Source: Camelus dromedarius (Eukaryota). Taken from it: DNA of 64,000 nt. The notes under the pieces were generated by a model that had not been told where the DNA came from, did no database searches, and saw only the letters and a program-made list of their open reading frames with translations. Within the stretch, counting starts at the first letter, position 1. Every line of letters starts with the position of its first letter. The stretch spans positions 9,488,001-9,552,000 of the forward strand of contig NC_087438.1 of assembly GCF_036321535.1 (NCBI RefSeq), given 5' to 3'. Shown piece by piece: positions 13,621 to 26,511 of this stretch. Position numbers and translations under genes: made by a program.

Positions 13621-15094
13621 CAATAAGCTTTTTTTAAATGTAGGGGTTTTTTTTTAATAACAAATGTATTGTAGCCTCAAAGTTAATAACTTTTATTATT
13701 AATTATTATTGTTAATCATCTTTGTAACCATTAAAATCTTTTCCTGTTATAAAGAAACCTCCTTGTCTTGCTTGGTAAATAGTCTTAGAAAAAGAACTTG
13801 AATTTATGAGGACAAGATATGCAACAAGTAGATATATACATTTGATTTAAATTTATGACAAGATAAAAATATTGGAGAATTATTGTATCTGTTTGATGTA
13901 ATAAGATAAGTAACAAAGCAGTGTGTCAGCAACCTCCTATTTCTTTAAGATTATTTACTAACAAATATTAGGCTAGCTGACAAAAATGACAGACTCTGTT
14001 TCCACTAAATTTCTATACAAGGCAAAATTTAGAATGTTGGCATACAATTTTTTTATTCTCAGCTAAAATACATAATATATTTTCTATAAATTCTTGAAAA
14101 TTGTATTTCTTTATTGACCATATATCAGATACAAACAGAATACCAAGCTTATATATAGATTTATATTTTTGCATGTTTAAATAGAATATCATTTCTTCAT
14201 GTGAAGAAGTCCACACCCTTCCTTGCCTGCACCAGAAAAATCTGTGCTCTGATTCTTCTGTCTCTTTCCCAAATCTGCCTATTTCTTTTGTGTATAAGGC
14301 CTCTACCAACTTCAAAAGAATGTAGATGAATCATTCAGGGAAGTAGAGAAGAATGAGAATCAAGTCCAGGGGCACTAAAGAATTTACTAGAATAGCAAGT
14401 TGATCGAGGAGCGGAAGAGTCAAAACATCATTTCTTAGCAAAAAATTTAAGGAAATGAGGACATGTGCATTAGTAGGCACCGTCAAATCTCATTTAGAAA
14501 GAATTAATTTGTTTCTTACAGTCAGGTAAAGACTAAAGGAAAGTTCACCTTTGAAATGTGCTCAGGAAAATCTACTCAGCTAGCAAAAGGATAGAATAAA
14601 CAAGACTGGAAGAAACTCAAGAGAAAAATGTCTTTCAAACACATCAGTAACTTTCACCTCTTTATCCAATAAATGTTCTGTACCAGTAAGTGGAGCATCA
14701 TACCAGTGACCAGCCTTGCTTAACTGCTGCTTTGATGTGTATATCATGAATCAACCAGCATTATTTATTTATAATAAATTGAGCAAGACCTCAACAAGGC
14801 AACAATTTGTTGCTATGTAATCTTGACCCCTTACCTAAATAGTACACAATTAAATTTAAAAATGGTGGAATCTAAATATAAATTCTTTTTAATAGAGGTC
14901 CCAATAACAATACAAAAATTTTTGTAAGACCCTTAACAAATACTTTCTTATTATCACCTAAAGAATACATCTGATTGTAAAAACATTTTTTAAAAATTAT
15001 AAATATAACAAGACAGGCAAAACTCATCTGAAACCATACAACCCTGTGATTTTAGTAATAATCCTATCATAAATATGTCTTTGCATATACAAGT

Positions 15095-15392
15095 AAATAA
15101 TCTGCAATTCTGAAATAAAAAATATTAAAAACAGAATTTTTATACAAACCATTTGTGACAAATCCTGATAAGTCCTACCATGAACTAGTATATGCTCATC
15201 GTTCTTTTCATTAATATAATATTTATACATTTCACAGCAAAAATATTTATGTATTTCATGGTGGCACGTTGCTTCAAGCACTTCTTCAAGTGTGAAATAA
15301 CATGATGTTCCCTTTCTAAAATCTGAAACCTACAGAATTTTGAAACACATCTGGTCCCACTGATTTCAGATAAGGGATCATGGAGTGATATA
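15095..15392 (+). mobile_element. TcMar-Tigger-type MITE (MER46C-like)
   Basis: Terminal 'ctaaaatctgaaa...ttttgaaacacatctggtccc...tttcagataagggat' and internal 'atacatttcacagcaaaaatatt' resemble MER46C. Confidence 0.6.
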
Positions 15393-15809
15393 CAATCAGA
15401 TATGTAATTTTACATAATTGGGTTGTTATTATACCTGATTCCTTTTACATTTTTATTCTTCTGAGATATCAACACTTATCCTAGCTATTTGTGGAAAATC
15501 TTCTCTAATATAGATAAATTTAAAATTTTTAGAATGTTATTAAAATACTTCTCTCTCTCCAGGCTATATTTAAATCTAGTTGTTGGAATTATTTTTGTCA
15601 TTAATATACAATGCACAAAGAAAAAATAACTACGAGACATTTCCTCTATTAGAAAAGTATTTTAAATGTATGCCTGGTAAATGTGGACCTTAATTAAATT
15701 GAGAAAATCTTGTAGCAATCCAGCCATTCTTTAGATGAAGATCCAAGATTTCATAAAATACTTGATTATCTTTTCTTTAAAAGAAGTAACTCAGGATAAA
15801 AATGGGTAG

Positions 15810-16430
15810 GATTTGCAATAATGATGACATAAAGAGGTCTGGCAATTCAACCATCAGGTAATAAAACTTGAACAATGTTCAAAGTGGCAATTTGAAATCA
15901 ATAGAAAATGACCAAAGTGAAAAGAAACTTGAAAAGAATTTATTCCAGAAAGACACCTATTTCATTAAGTAAGAGTTGCGGGCCTATGACTTGTTAGCCT
16001 GGAAGCACTCCCCCATTTCACCCAGCTGTGACAGCAGAAAACTGCAGTCGTACTTTGACGTGATAGATGATAAAGCTCAGGGCATCAGGGCAGATGAATA
16101 GAATATTAAAAGAAAATATCCTGTAAGCCAGAAAACCTCAGAAGAGCTGAAGTCCAAAGTCTGAGTACAAACCCCCCCTACGTCAACTCCCCAGCCTCCC
16201 CACTCCACCCTCACCCCAGCCCTGCCTCCTCCCTGGGTGAATGTTAAACTACTATGTGTTTGTGCAGGAAGCTTAGAATGCCAGCAGTAAAGCAGACAGA
16301 AAGCAGAGAATGGTCAGTTTAAAGACAGACCTGCTCCTGGTTAAATTTGCAAATTTTTTCCAGTATCCAGCACAGTGCCTGGCACGATAGTTCCTCAATA
16401 AATATCTAATGAAAGAGACCATTATGAATA
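15810..16430 (+). mobile_element. Old LINE-1 5'-UTR-like fragment (L1M4/L1MD type)
   Basis: 'gaaaatgaccaaag...gaatttattccagaaa...gttagcctggaagcactcccccatt...cagctg...gaaaactgcag' resembles ancient L1 5' regions. Confidence 0.45.
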
Positions 16431-16494
16431 TACCTAGAGAACATGGATTCTCCAGGAAGCACATAAGGGGACTTGTACCAAAACAAATCTATAA

Positions 16495-16605
16495 ATAACT
16501 ATATATATACTGTATATATAACTAAATATTAACTATATATAAACTATATATTAACTGTATATATAACTAAATATTAACTATATATGTAACTATATATATA
16601 TATAT
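16495..16605. repeat. TA-rich minisatellite with an exact 32-bp duplication
   Basis: 'actgtatatataactaaatattaactatatat' occurs at 16509-16540 and 16554-16585, followed by (TA)n. Confidence 0.9.
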
Positions 16606-16680
16606 CTGAATCATTTTGCTGTACACCTGAAATGAACACAATATTATAAATCAGCTATATTTCAATTTTTTAATATAAAA
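16606..16680 (+). mobile_element. Cetartiodactyl-type LINE-1 extreme 3' end
   Basis: 'ctgaatcattttgctgtacacctgaaatgaacacaatattataaatcagctatatttcaa' plus an A-rich tail. Confidence 0.8.
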
Positions 16681-17839
16681 AAGTAAATGCAAGGACAATA
16701 ACTTTGCAAGAAACAAGTAACATGTACTTGAAACAATAACATAACCACCAAACCCAGGATATAGAATTTCTTTGGATCCACGATATTAATACAATGCAGT
16801 GCCCCATCCCAGCCTTTTTAATGTACTCCAGTAACTTGCTAAGGAACTGGGTCATTTGTTCTCAGGATATTTCAAATTGTGAATTTGTCTGTTTTTCCCT
16901 TATGGTATCCTTATGGTATATTTTCACTTGTTCCTCAGTTCAGATAGTTTCCATGAAAGAGAAGTGAGTTCTGAAAGGTTGATTAGATTCTAGTGTCATC
17001 ATTTTTTAACATAGCAGTTGCTATATATCTCATATTACATCATATCAAGAGGAATATAATATCTAGTTATGCTACTAAAATGAAGATAAATTGGTAGCTT
17101 CATATGGGCAAACCTGACCCCCTCATTAGAAAATTACCCATTAACATTTCACAAGTGGTTAATCCATCCATGATCAAGGCTAAAGCCAAAACAGGGATTT
17201 TTCTATTTTGAGTATTTCTTTCACATTTATTAGATGAAATTGTTCTGTAAAGAAGTACTTTTCCTAATCAGAGTACTGAGCCTCTCTTACATATAATTCT
17301 AATAGGAAAGTCAGGGAAATTGCTTGAGTCTTTCTCTCTACAACTGTAATTGCCAAATTTCTAAAGAGTAAAGGGTTGGTTTCCTTGCCTCTCACTTTAT
17401 TTGTTGTTTCACTCTTTTCTGTGCCTGTAACTCTCTTACTAATCTGACATGCTTGTCCCATCTTTTGTTCTATAACCAGATACATTCAGTGATTACCTCC
17501 AGAATTTACGCTAAAGTTTCTGCAGCTGTTTTGTGAATATTTGGCTGAAACCCATTCTAGTAGAGCCCTTGAGATAATCTCAGATGAAATTCTGAGTTCT
17601 TAATGCTCGTTTTCCTGTGATGTTGTTATACTCAAAATTGTGGCTAAATATAAAATCTTTGGTTCATATTTTCTTCCTTTGCATAGCTTTAAAAATGTTG
17701 TGCCCTTAGGTTCCAGCAGAACATTTTGCTTTTGATATTTTATTTATGTTACTTGATTTTTTTTTTTTGCCAAAAGATTTTTTTTAATCTATAATGTTCA
17801 ACATTTTTCAGTGTTGATCAATCCAGGACAATATAATAA

Positions 17840-19250
17840 TTTACTAGATGTATCTTGTGAATATGTAGTTGTTTTATGCCACTAAATTCTGGTATGGGTT
17901 GTTGAAAGGAGTAGATATTAGAAACACGGTTTTGTACCTGGAATGGGATGCTCTTAGTAAAATAACTCAACTGAAAAACAAATTTTTTCACTTTTCAGTT
18001 AGCATTTGGGGGAAATGTAAAAGATCTAGGACAGCCTTTCATTCCATGGAAATGTTCTCAAAGAAATAAATGGCCTTAGACCAGTGTTTCTCAACCTCAT
18101 TACTACTGACATTTTGGGATGGGTAATTATTGGTTGGTGGGGACTGGGTGCATTGTGAGATATCTAACAGAATCTTTTATTTCTACCTATTAGATGCCAG
18201 CAGCACCTCCCCATTTGTGAAAACCAAAAATTTCTCCAGATATTGCCAAATGTACTCCTCTCCTCCTCCACTGAGGACCACTGGACTCAGGGAATCAGGA
18301 CCTTGAAGATACTTCATTAAGATTTCAGAAAAAAAGGAAAAGCAATGCCTCACATGCCAACTCAGTAAATTGTTTTAAAAATCAAATAATCATAAGGGTA
18401 TGTCTATTGGCCCTTCTAGAATAGACGATACTGCTTCCAAGGCTCTTTAAGGTTATTGTCCTATGGCATCTTCACAAAGAACTCAAGACTGAGAAGGATG
18501 CATGTCGATATTCCTTGATATGGTTTTTGTCTAATGGAGTGGATTATAGATACATTTCAGAAATATAGTGTTTTAAAATAATTGTACCAACTTGGATTGA
18601 AAGTGATGAAAATGTAATGAAATGAAAAGCAAAGAAAATGAAAACAAGATCCTTGGATCTGCCAATTTCTTCTGGTGGCAAGCAGACCAGGGAGACCACT
18701 CAGTTTCGAATATGAACATGGATGGAATAATCTAGACAAAGCCACAGAATTACAGGGCAGAACCAAGAGTCTAGACCACAGAGTTAAGAATCACAGGAAA
18801 ACTTTACTTGGGAGCAGGATTGAACCACAATTGAGTAACAGGTAACATGTCCAGCTGGATTGCAGAAATGCAATAGAACAGCAGCTTCTATGTGTCCTGG
18901 TTCACTGAAGCACTCTCCCTTGGAACCCAGAGCCACCAGGTACAATGTTTGACTTGTAGTCCTCAGGGTCTCCATGCTGGAGAGACAATGTGTAGGTCTT
19001 CCATCAAAAGTGCCAACTAACGCAAACTTTTGCCATCCTTGCCAAAAACAATGCCACTGTGGACCCAGCGGACCAGCCCACTGACTAACTGAATGATGCA
19101 TTATAAAATTTGCTGATGCCAAGTGATATGGAAAATTAGCACCACCCAAATTTGTGACTCAAAAAAATCATGACATACAACGAAGCCATTGTGTCTTGTG
19201 GCCCAAGCTCTGAGGGTGATTTGGTTAGCAGCTAAAAATAATCAGAACAC
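17840..19250 (+). mobile_element. MaLR remnant: LTR end, internal region and second LTR (MLT1H-like)
   Basis: LTR 3' end 'gttgttttatgccactaaattctggt...tagaaaca', MLT1-int motifs ('ggtttttgtctaatggagtggatt', 'tgtccagctggattgcagaaatgc'), and a second LTR ending 'ggttagcagctaaaaataatcagaaca'. Confidence 0.65.
18082..18283 (+). mobile_element. MER20 (hAT-Charlie MITE) nested in the MLT1 internal region
   Basis: Terminal inverted repeats cagtgtttctcaa / tgaggaccactg and the MER20 core 'tagatgccagcagcacctcccc...tctccagatattgccaaatgt'. Confidence 0.85.
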
Positions 19251-19729
19251 AATGGTGTTCTGTCACCTATTTATGTAGAAGATGTTCTTTGTAGGATTTT
19301 ACATTTAGGTATATATTCCCTTGTTGGTCTGTGTGGTTTTCAAGAGGAGCTTTAAGAAAAACAAAATTTATGCTGCTGCTGCTGCTGTTTTCTTGCTATA
19401 ACCTATATTCTTCATTTTCCTTAAAAACTATTAATTATTCTGATTGGGATAAAGATGGCATACTGTCCAAATTTGCTGATGATTCAAAGTTCCATAAAAA
19501 GAGTTAATGTACATAGAACTTTTATGCAGAAATAATCTCATAGAATAAAATGGTGGAATTAATTTAATGCAAAAAAAATCTAGAAGAAAGAGAAAAAAAC
19601 TTTAGAAAATCATTGGTAACTTAAAGGACACCATTTTAAGAGGTGTTAGAATGCAGAAGCTACATCTCAGTGGGAATCAAAGTTCCCTGCAAAGTTTAAT
19701 TCTTTGACTTTAGTGATTAGCAGTTGTTT

Positions 19730-19995
19730 ATTTAACAAATGTATTGAATGCTTTATAATAGTAGAAAATATGTGCCAGGCACTGTATTAAGTGTTTTTAT
19801 GTGGTATGTCATACATATTTATGATTAAACTTCTTGAGGTGTAGACATTAGGAGCTCTATTTAAAATAAAGGTAATAAAGCTAAGGCTCAGGAAAGTAAA
19901 GGAACTCGCTGGTAGTTGTACATCTGGGAAACATTTGAGCAGGGATTAAAGTAAAGTCAAGGTCCATTGGTCTCCAGAGTACATACTCTTCCTAT
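19730..19995 (-). mobile_element. MIR within an L2 remnant
   Basis: 'atgtgccaggcactgtattaagtg...aagctaaggctcaggaaagtaaag...ctccagagt'. Confidence 0.55.
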
Positions 19996-20341
19996 TATTC
20001 TGGTGACTAAGATGTGGTCCATGCTCTGTATAATGTTGCAGTGTTTTCTAGGAAAAGATAATAAAACCAACAATTACATTGCAGTGTGATGGGTGCTAGG
20101 GTAGACTTGAGGCTTAAGCTGTGGGAGCATAAATGGTCCCATCAGACTCTGTGTCTCTCAGGAAATAGCCTCAGAGGAGAGAGGTGAGACTCGACCAAAG
20201 AAATCTGGCTGCAGGGCAGGTGGGGAGAGAAGAAACAGAGCATAGGAGTTCCAGGCAATGAGCTGCAACATGCAAACCCATCAATGCCCGAAAATTTTTC
20301 GTTTAGGAAAGTTTTAATTACAGTAGCTTCCAAAACAGATT

Positions 20342-20424
20342 GAGAGAGAAAGAGAGAGGAAGAGAGAGAGAGAGACAGAGAGAGTGTGTGCGTGTGTGTG
20401 TGCGTGTGCGTGTGCATGTGTGTG
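20342..20424. repeat. Compound (GA)n-(GT/GC)n microsatellite
   Basis: Read directly. It explains ORFs 20142-20486 and 20340-20549. Confidence 0.95.
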
Positions 20425-21929
20425 AGACAGGGCGAGAGGAGAAAGAAATCAATAAACCCAGGGGAACAGTGAGCATTGGCGTACACAAGGCTTGTATACT
20501 AGGAAAGGGTCTGAACTTTCTCCAGAAATCTATGGAAAGCCAAAAATGAATTCAGCCAGTGGCCACAGAGAATGGGATGAGTATCTGAGTGCCGGTATTC
20601 CCAGAAAAACTTATCTTAGTCTCAAGCCAACTTCTGAACTCATCACTGTGGCCAACGCAGTGGGCTTGAGAAGTGTGTCTTCCTGGAGCTGGAGCTGCAG
20701 GCAGATCCTTCAGGAGCCCCCTGCTTACCAGGGAAAATGGGCTGGTGGGTCAAGAGGGAATTGTTGGGAAAGCAACAAATTACAACATTCAAACATATCT
20801 TCACGTGGCTGGATTCTGGGTTTTCATTTTAAACCTATAAAAGCCTTCATGTGAACAAGAATATTAACAACACTTCCTTCTTAAAATTATCAGGACATCC
20901 TTTCATCCTCTCATAAAAATGAAATATTACAATTTCTGGGAAAGATGCAATTCTACTAACAAAGACTATCAAAAGAGGAAAGATATATTTACCATCTTAA
21001 TTGGGAACAAAATAGAAAAACCAATAGATTCACACAGACATATACTTATTTATGTGCATATGTAGTTTAGTATATACGGAATACTCACTAAATAAAAATA
21101 TTAATAAACACATCTAGTGTGTTACAAGAAAATTTATAACATTGAAGCTAAAGATTCACAGCAAAGTGTACTAAAGGGCTAATATATACATTTTATTAAC
21201 CTACAATTATATTAAGGAATAAACCAATTGAATTAGAAATGTCATTTACTAAGCTTTTTTGGAATACAAGTTTACTGGGCAGCTGAGCAAGAACATTTAG
21301 GACTTGCCAGAGGAAACAAGCAAACAAACAGAAAACACCAGTACTTCCCATAGGGCTTACTGTTAGCTGCAGGACACAGCAATTACACAGGTGGATTACA
21401 CGTTTCCCTTAGCTGGGGAACTAAAGTGAATGTGATGAGTTGTTTTCATATAACAATAAAGAAGGAAGCCTGAGGAACAGTATTAATCAAGGATAGTCTG
21501 GCCTAGAGATGGAGAAGAGAAAGATAAAACCTTAAACACGATAAGGGGCAAAAGGATCTTTAGCAAAACAACTGGATGAGACTGGGACATTCTGGCAAGA
21601 AACTCTTTCCCCTGAAGAAGCTCACCTCAAAAGATTAAAAAATTGCTTGGAGCACACACAAATATGAAGTCTTTTGAGAATCAAAATATCACTCTTACAC
21701 CTCCTCACAAGAAAAGAAATATACCTCTTCAATTGAATAGTGATCAAATCCAATTGTTTCTTAATGTTTAAAGCAATAATCAATCAAATATATGGATATG
21801 TATGGATAAAAGTAACTAAATTCTAATGATATTGTGCAGACTTATTCAACTCAAATTGCACTTATAGGAAAGCTGTCAATCAGATAAGTTTATATATTAT
21901 GCAGCATGCAATATGAGACAGGGGAAAAA

Positions 21930-22130
21930 AGATAAATTTCAAATCCAAATGCTCTAGAGTAAAAGTTTCAAATCTGCCTCAGAGTAGCTGTGTGAGCTTG
22001 CTTGTATTACATAATTCCTCTAACCCAGGTTCCTCGTCTATACAATGAATAAAGTAGCCCTTACGTTATACAGTTGTCATGAGTATTTAATTAGCTAATA
22101 TTTTGCAGGATCTCTTATCCTACTAATATG
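21930..22130 (+). mobile_element. MIR
   Basis: 'tttcaaatctgcctc...tagctgtgtgagcttg...ttcctcgtctatacaatg...gttgtcatgag' MIR core. Confidence 0.6.
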
Positions 22131-22719
22131 AGTTTAGTGGAGAAGCTTATTAGTTGTGGTATAAACACATTGATTTTATATTTCCTCTCAGCTGTGTTAT
22201 GTTACCTTCTACCTCCTTGCCTTTGGAAAAAGCAAGCTCCATTAATATAATTTCAATTAGTCACTTCAGCGTCTTTCAGTGATGTTCAGTTCCTCTCTCT
22301 TCATCACATCCCCTCTTCCCACCCATCTGTTCCCAGGTGGCTGAGATTCTAATAGCTCAGAGAAGTGGGCTATTTCTCTCATACACACTCCATCCCTCTG
22401 GGGATGGTATTTGATCCCAAAGAAGAAGCGAACGGGTTGTCTATGGTGAATTCACTTTGTCATACGTGCTGATCCAGTTAGATGTCAGGGAGGAATTCAG
22501 TGTGAAAGTCTGGTTCCACTGTGAGGGCTACAGTAGACTCAGCTAATGATAGACTCATCCAAACTGAGTATCTAGGTATTGCTCACTCCATGTAAGATTT
22601 ACTTATGTTTTCTAGCCGGTATTCCCAGTTGGAATGTACCACTTCACATTTCTCTGATGCACTGGCCAGTTTGCCCAAAGCTGTGTTGCTGTCATTAAAC
22701 TAAAATCCCCAATCTCATG

Positions 22720-22963
22720 TTTGATGGCTAATTTTAGGTGTCAACTTGGCCGGACTATGATACCCAGGTTTTTGTCAACACTTGCTATGAAAGTATTTTT
22801 TAGATGTAATTAAATCAGTAGACTTTGAGCAAAGCAGATTACTCTCCATAATGTGGGTGGGTCCATTCAATCCATTGAGGGCCTTAAGAGGAAAAAAACT
22901 GAAGTTTGCCCCCAATAGAAGATTTTTTTTTCCTCAAGACTGAAAAATAAAAAACCCTGCTGG
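22720..22963 (+). mobile_element. MLT2 (ERVL LTR, MLT2D-like), 5' part, interrupted
   Basis: Starts 'tgatggctaattttaggtgtcaacttgg', contains 'aaagcagattactctccataatgtgggtgggtccattcaatcc', and breaks off at 'cctcaagactgaaaaataaaaaaccctgctgg'. Confidence 0.85.
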
Positions 22964-23376
22964 GGAGGAATGCTAAGATGGTGGAGTAGGAGGCACAGCT
23001 CACCCCTCCCAGGAATACACCAGGAATTACACCTACAGACACATCCATTCACACAGAACACCTACTGAAATCTGACAGAATATCTCTTACATCAAAATAC
23101 AAGAGTCTTCACAAAAACCAGTAGGGGGGAAGGGGGTGAGAAAGGATAAATTGCGAGTTCAAGATTTGCACATACTAACTACTGTATATATAAAATAGAT
23201 TAAAAAAATTTCTTCTGTATAGCACAGGGACCTATATTCAATATCTTATAGTAACCTACAATGAAAAAGAATATAAAAACACATATATGTTTGTATATGT
23301 ATGACTAAAACATTATGCCGTACGCCAGAAATTGACACATTGTAACTGACTATATTTCAATAATAATTTTAAAAAA
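22962..23376 (+). mobile_element. Short bipartite LINE-1 derivative (L1 5' terminus fused to L1 3' terminus)
   Basis: Begins like a cetartiodactyl L1 5' UTR ('ggggagg...aagatggtggagtaggagg...acagaacacctactgaa'). At ~23120-23130 it switches to a camelid-type L1 3' end ('ggataaattgcgagttcaagatttgcac...ctgtatagcacaggga...ccagaaattgacacattgtaactgactatatttcaa'). Confidence 0.75.
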
Positions 23377-23730
23377 GAATGCTTGCTACATTAAAGGAAG
23401 AAAATTCAGTTTAGACTAGAAGTTCCCAAAGGGTAAAAATAATTTTTCAAGTGTACAACTTTTCACTCTGCACCATAAAAAACCATTATATGAAATGCTA
23501 AAAATGAAACTTTCAAAATGCACATTTCTTCTATTACTGAAAGAAAACAGCTGAAATGTTAATCATTAAAAATTTCTGGTAGTACAACACGGGCCCTTTC
23601 TAGTACAGTATTGAACCAAGGAAGAAGGATCTTTTGCAAGAGGAAGTAAAGAATTCAGTATTTATTCTGCAACACAATTTCACACCTATAATTTTAGGAA
23701 GTCATCATTTTCTTAACATAAAACTGGTAC

Positions 23731-26511
23731 TTCAGACTTCCAGTTTCCAGTCCACGTGTAAGGAGCTTATAAGTTGCCACTCCATCCTCACAACCAGTAA
23801 AAGCTGAACAAACTGAAAAATCACCAAATTTTCTTAAATCTGTCAGAGAAGTGAGGTCACAGAGCAAACCACTGCTCACAGAAGTGAAGAGACAGACAAG
23901 TGGATTAAGAGAAACACAACTTACCAGAGCAGAACCCTCTGCAAGAACCAGTGCTCAGGTGGGAAGCCTCAGCTGTAATGAACGAATCCTGGAGGCTCAG
24001 CATGGGCAAGTATGACCCTGGGGGACTCCGTCGTAGTGAACCTCCATGCTTTCATGAGTTTTATCTCCAGGAGCTCAGACCGGGTTCTCACAGTGAGTAT
24101 CAGAGAAAAATCTGCTCGTGCTTCTAGAGGAGACAAGGGTAAAGGCACCGTTTTGAAAAAGACCAGAGCACTCTCTTCTTAAGGAGCTTGACCTCAGGAG
24201 AAACTTGTTAACCAGAGCCTAACCTGCTGGGCTTTAATCAGAGTATAACTGACCTGGAGGGAAGGGAAAGAGCCACTCCTGCCCTCTGTCGCTAACCTGT
24301 CCCATCTAAAAATTGAGACATACATGAGAAGTTCACAGCCTAGGAACAAGGCTCATGAAAAGCTGAGACCAATCACAGGACGATAAATGCTTCCACTTCC
24401 CTTACACCTCACCACTACATTACTCAAGGCCTATTCACTCTTGTTCCCTTTACCTAATACCTCGTGTCCATCTTTCAGTGAAAAATTACAAGGCACAGTG
24501 AAAGGCAAAAACAAAGTTTGAAGAGGCTGAGCAAGCATCAGAGCCAGAGCCAGACACAGCACCAAGGCTGGAATTTTTTAAAGCTTTGATTAATGTGTTA
24601 AGGGATTTAATGAGAAAGTATACAATATGCAAGAACTGTTGGATAATGTAAACAGAGAGATGTAAATTCTAAGAAAGAATGCAAGAGAAATGCTGGAGAT
24701 CAAGACCACTGTCACAGAAATGAAGAATGCATTCGAGGGGTTCACAGTAGACTGAACAAGGCTGAGAAAAGAGTCTCTGAGCTTGAGGATGTCACAATAG
24801 AAACTTCTACAACTTAAAAGCAAAGAGAAAGAAGACAGAGAAAAACAGAACAGGATATCTAAGAACTATGGGACAACTATACATGTATCAGGTACATAAC
24901 AGGAACAGCAGAATGAAAAGGAAGAGCAAAAGGAACAGAAACAATATTTGAGCAATAATGATGGAGAAATTTCCCCAAAATTAATGTCAGACACTAAACT
25001 ACAGATGAAATGGAGAAAACTGATGAATGAATAGACAGATAGATCAACTGGAACAGAATAGACAGCCTAGAGATGACCCACATAAATACAGTCCGCTGAT
25101 CTTTTGTAAAGGAACAAAGGCAAAGATAGGTTTTTCAACAAATGGTGCTGAAACAACAGGACATCCACAAGCTAAAAAATAAATAAATAAATCTAGACAA
25201 AGACTACATGCTGCACAAAAGTTAAATCAAAATGAATCATAGACCTAAATATAAAATGTGAAACAATAAACTTCCCAGAATATAACATAGGAAAAAACCT
25301 AGTTGACCTTGGATATGATGATGACTTTTTAGATATATCATCAAGGTATGATCTATGAAAGAAATAATTGACAAACTGGATTTCATTAAAATTAAAGACT
25401 TCTGCTCTGCAAAAGACAATGTCAAAGGAAGGAGAAGCAAGCCACAGATTGGGATAAAATATTTGCAAAAGACACATCTGATAAAGGACTGTTATCCAGA
25501 ATATACAAATTCTTAAACCTCAGCAATAAGAAAACAAACAAATGATTTAAAAAATGGATCAAAGTACTTGACACCTCACCAAAGAACATATGTAGATGGC
25601 AAATAGGCATATGAAGAGATATTGAACATCCCAAGTCATTAGGGAATTACAAATTAAAAGAATTAGTTATTATTTCACACCTATCAGAATGGCCAAAATC
25701 TGGAACGCTGACAATACCAAATACTGATGAGGATGTGGAATTACAAGAACTCTCATTCATTGCTGGTGACAATGCAACATGGCCACCTACTTTGGAAGAC
25801 AGTTTGACAGTTTCTTACAATGCTAAGCATAGACTTGCTATGCAATCCAGCAATTACACTCCTTAGCATATATCTAAATTAATTTAAACTAATGTCCACA
25901 CAAAAATCTGCACATAGATGTTTATAGCAGCTTTATTCATAACTGTCAAAACTTGGAAGGAACCAAGATGTGCTTCAGCAGGTGGATGAGTAAACTGTGG
26001 TACATCTACACAGTGGAATATTATTCAGCATTAAAAAGGAATGAGCTATCGAGCCATGGAAAAACATGGAGGAACCATTTAAATGAAAGAGGCCAATCTG
26101 AAAAAAGATTCCAGCTATATGACATTCTAGAAAGGGCAGAAGAGTGGAGATAGTGAAAGGACCAGTGGTTTCTAGAGGTTAGTAGGAAGGAAGGAATAGG
26201 TGGAGCACAGAGGATTTTTAGGCCAGTGAAACTGTTCTGTACAACACTGCAATGATGGATACATGTCATTATACATTAGTCAAAACCCATAAAATGTACA
26301 CCAAGGGTGAATCCTGATGTAAACTATGGACAATGGGTCAGTTGTAGGTTCATCAGTTGAACAAATGGACCACTTTGGTGCAGGATGTCAATATTAGGGA
26401 GTTTGTACATGTAGGGGCAGAGGGTACAGAAACTCTCTGTACTTTGTGCTCAAGTTGATATAAACCTAAAACTGCTCTAAAAATGAAGTTCATTAATTTA
26501 TTTTTTTAAAA
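23731..26511 (+). mobile_element. Old LINE-1 (L1MCa-like 5' end, L1MC1/2-like 3' end) with a large internal deletion
   Basis: 5' end 'gacttccagtttccagtcc...gtaaggagctt', decayed ORF1 to ~25006, a jump to the ORF2 3' region ('gaatagacagatagatcaactggaacagaatag'), and 3' UTR ending 'aaacctaaaactgctctaaaaatgaag'. Confidence 0.85.

Noticed and set aside
12782..13637. Cluster of + strand ORFs (similar clusters at 25193-25634, 40050-40259, 62927-63460)
   Set aside because: These are antisense readings of decayed L1 ORF2/3' UTR.
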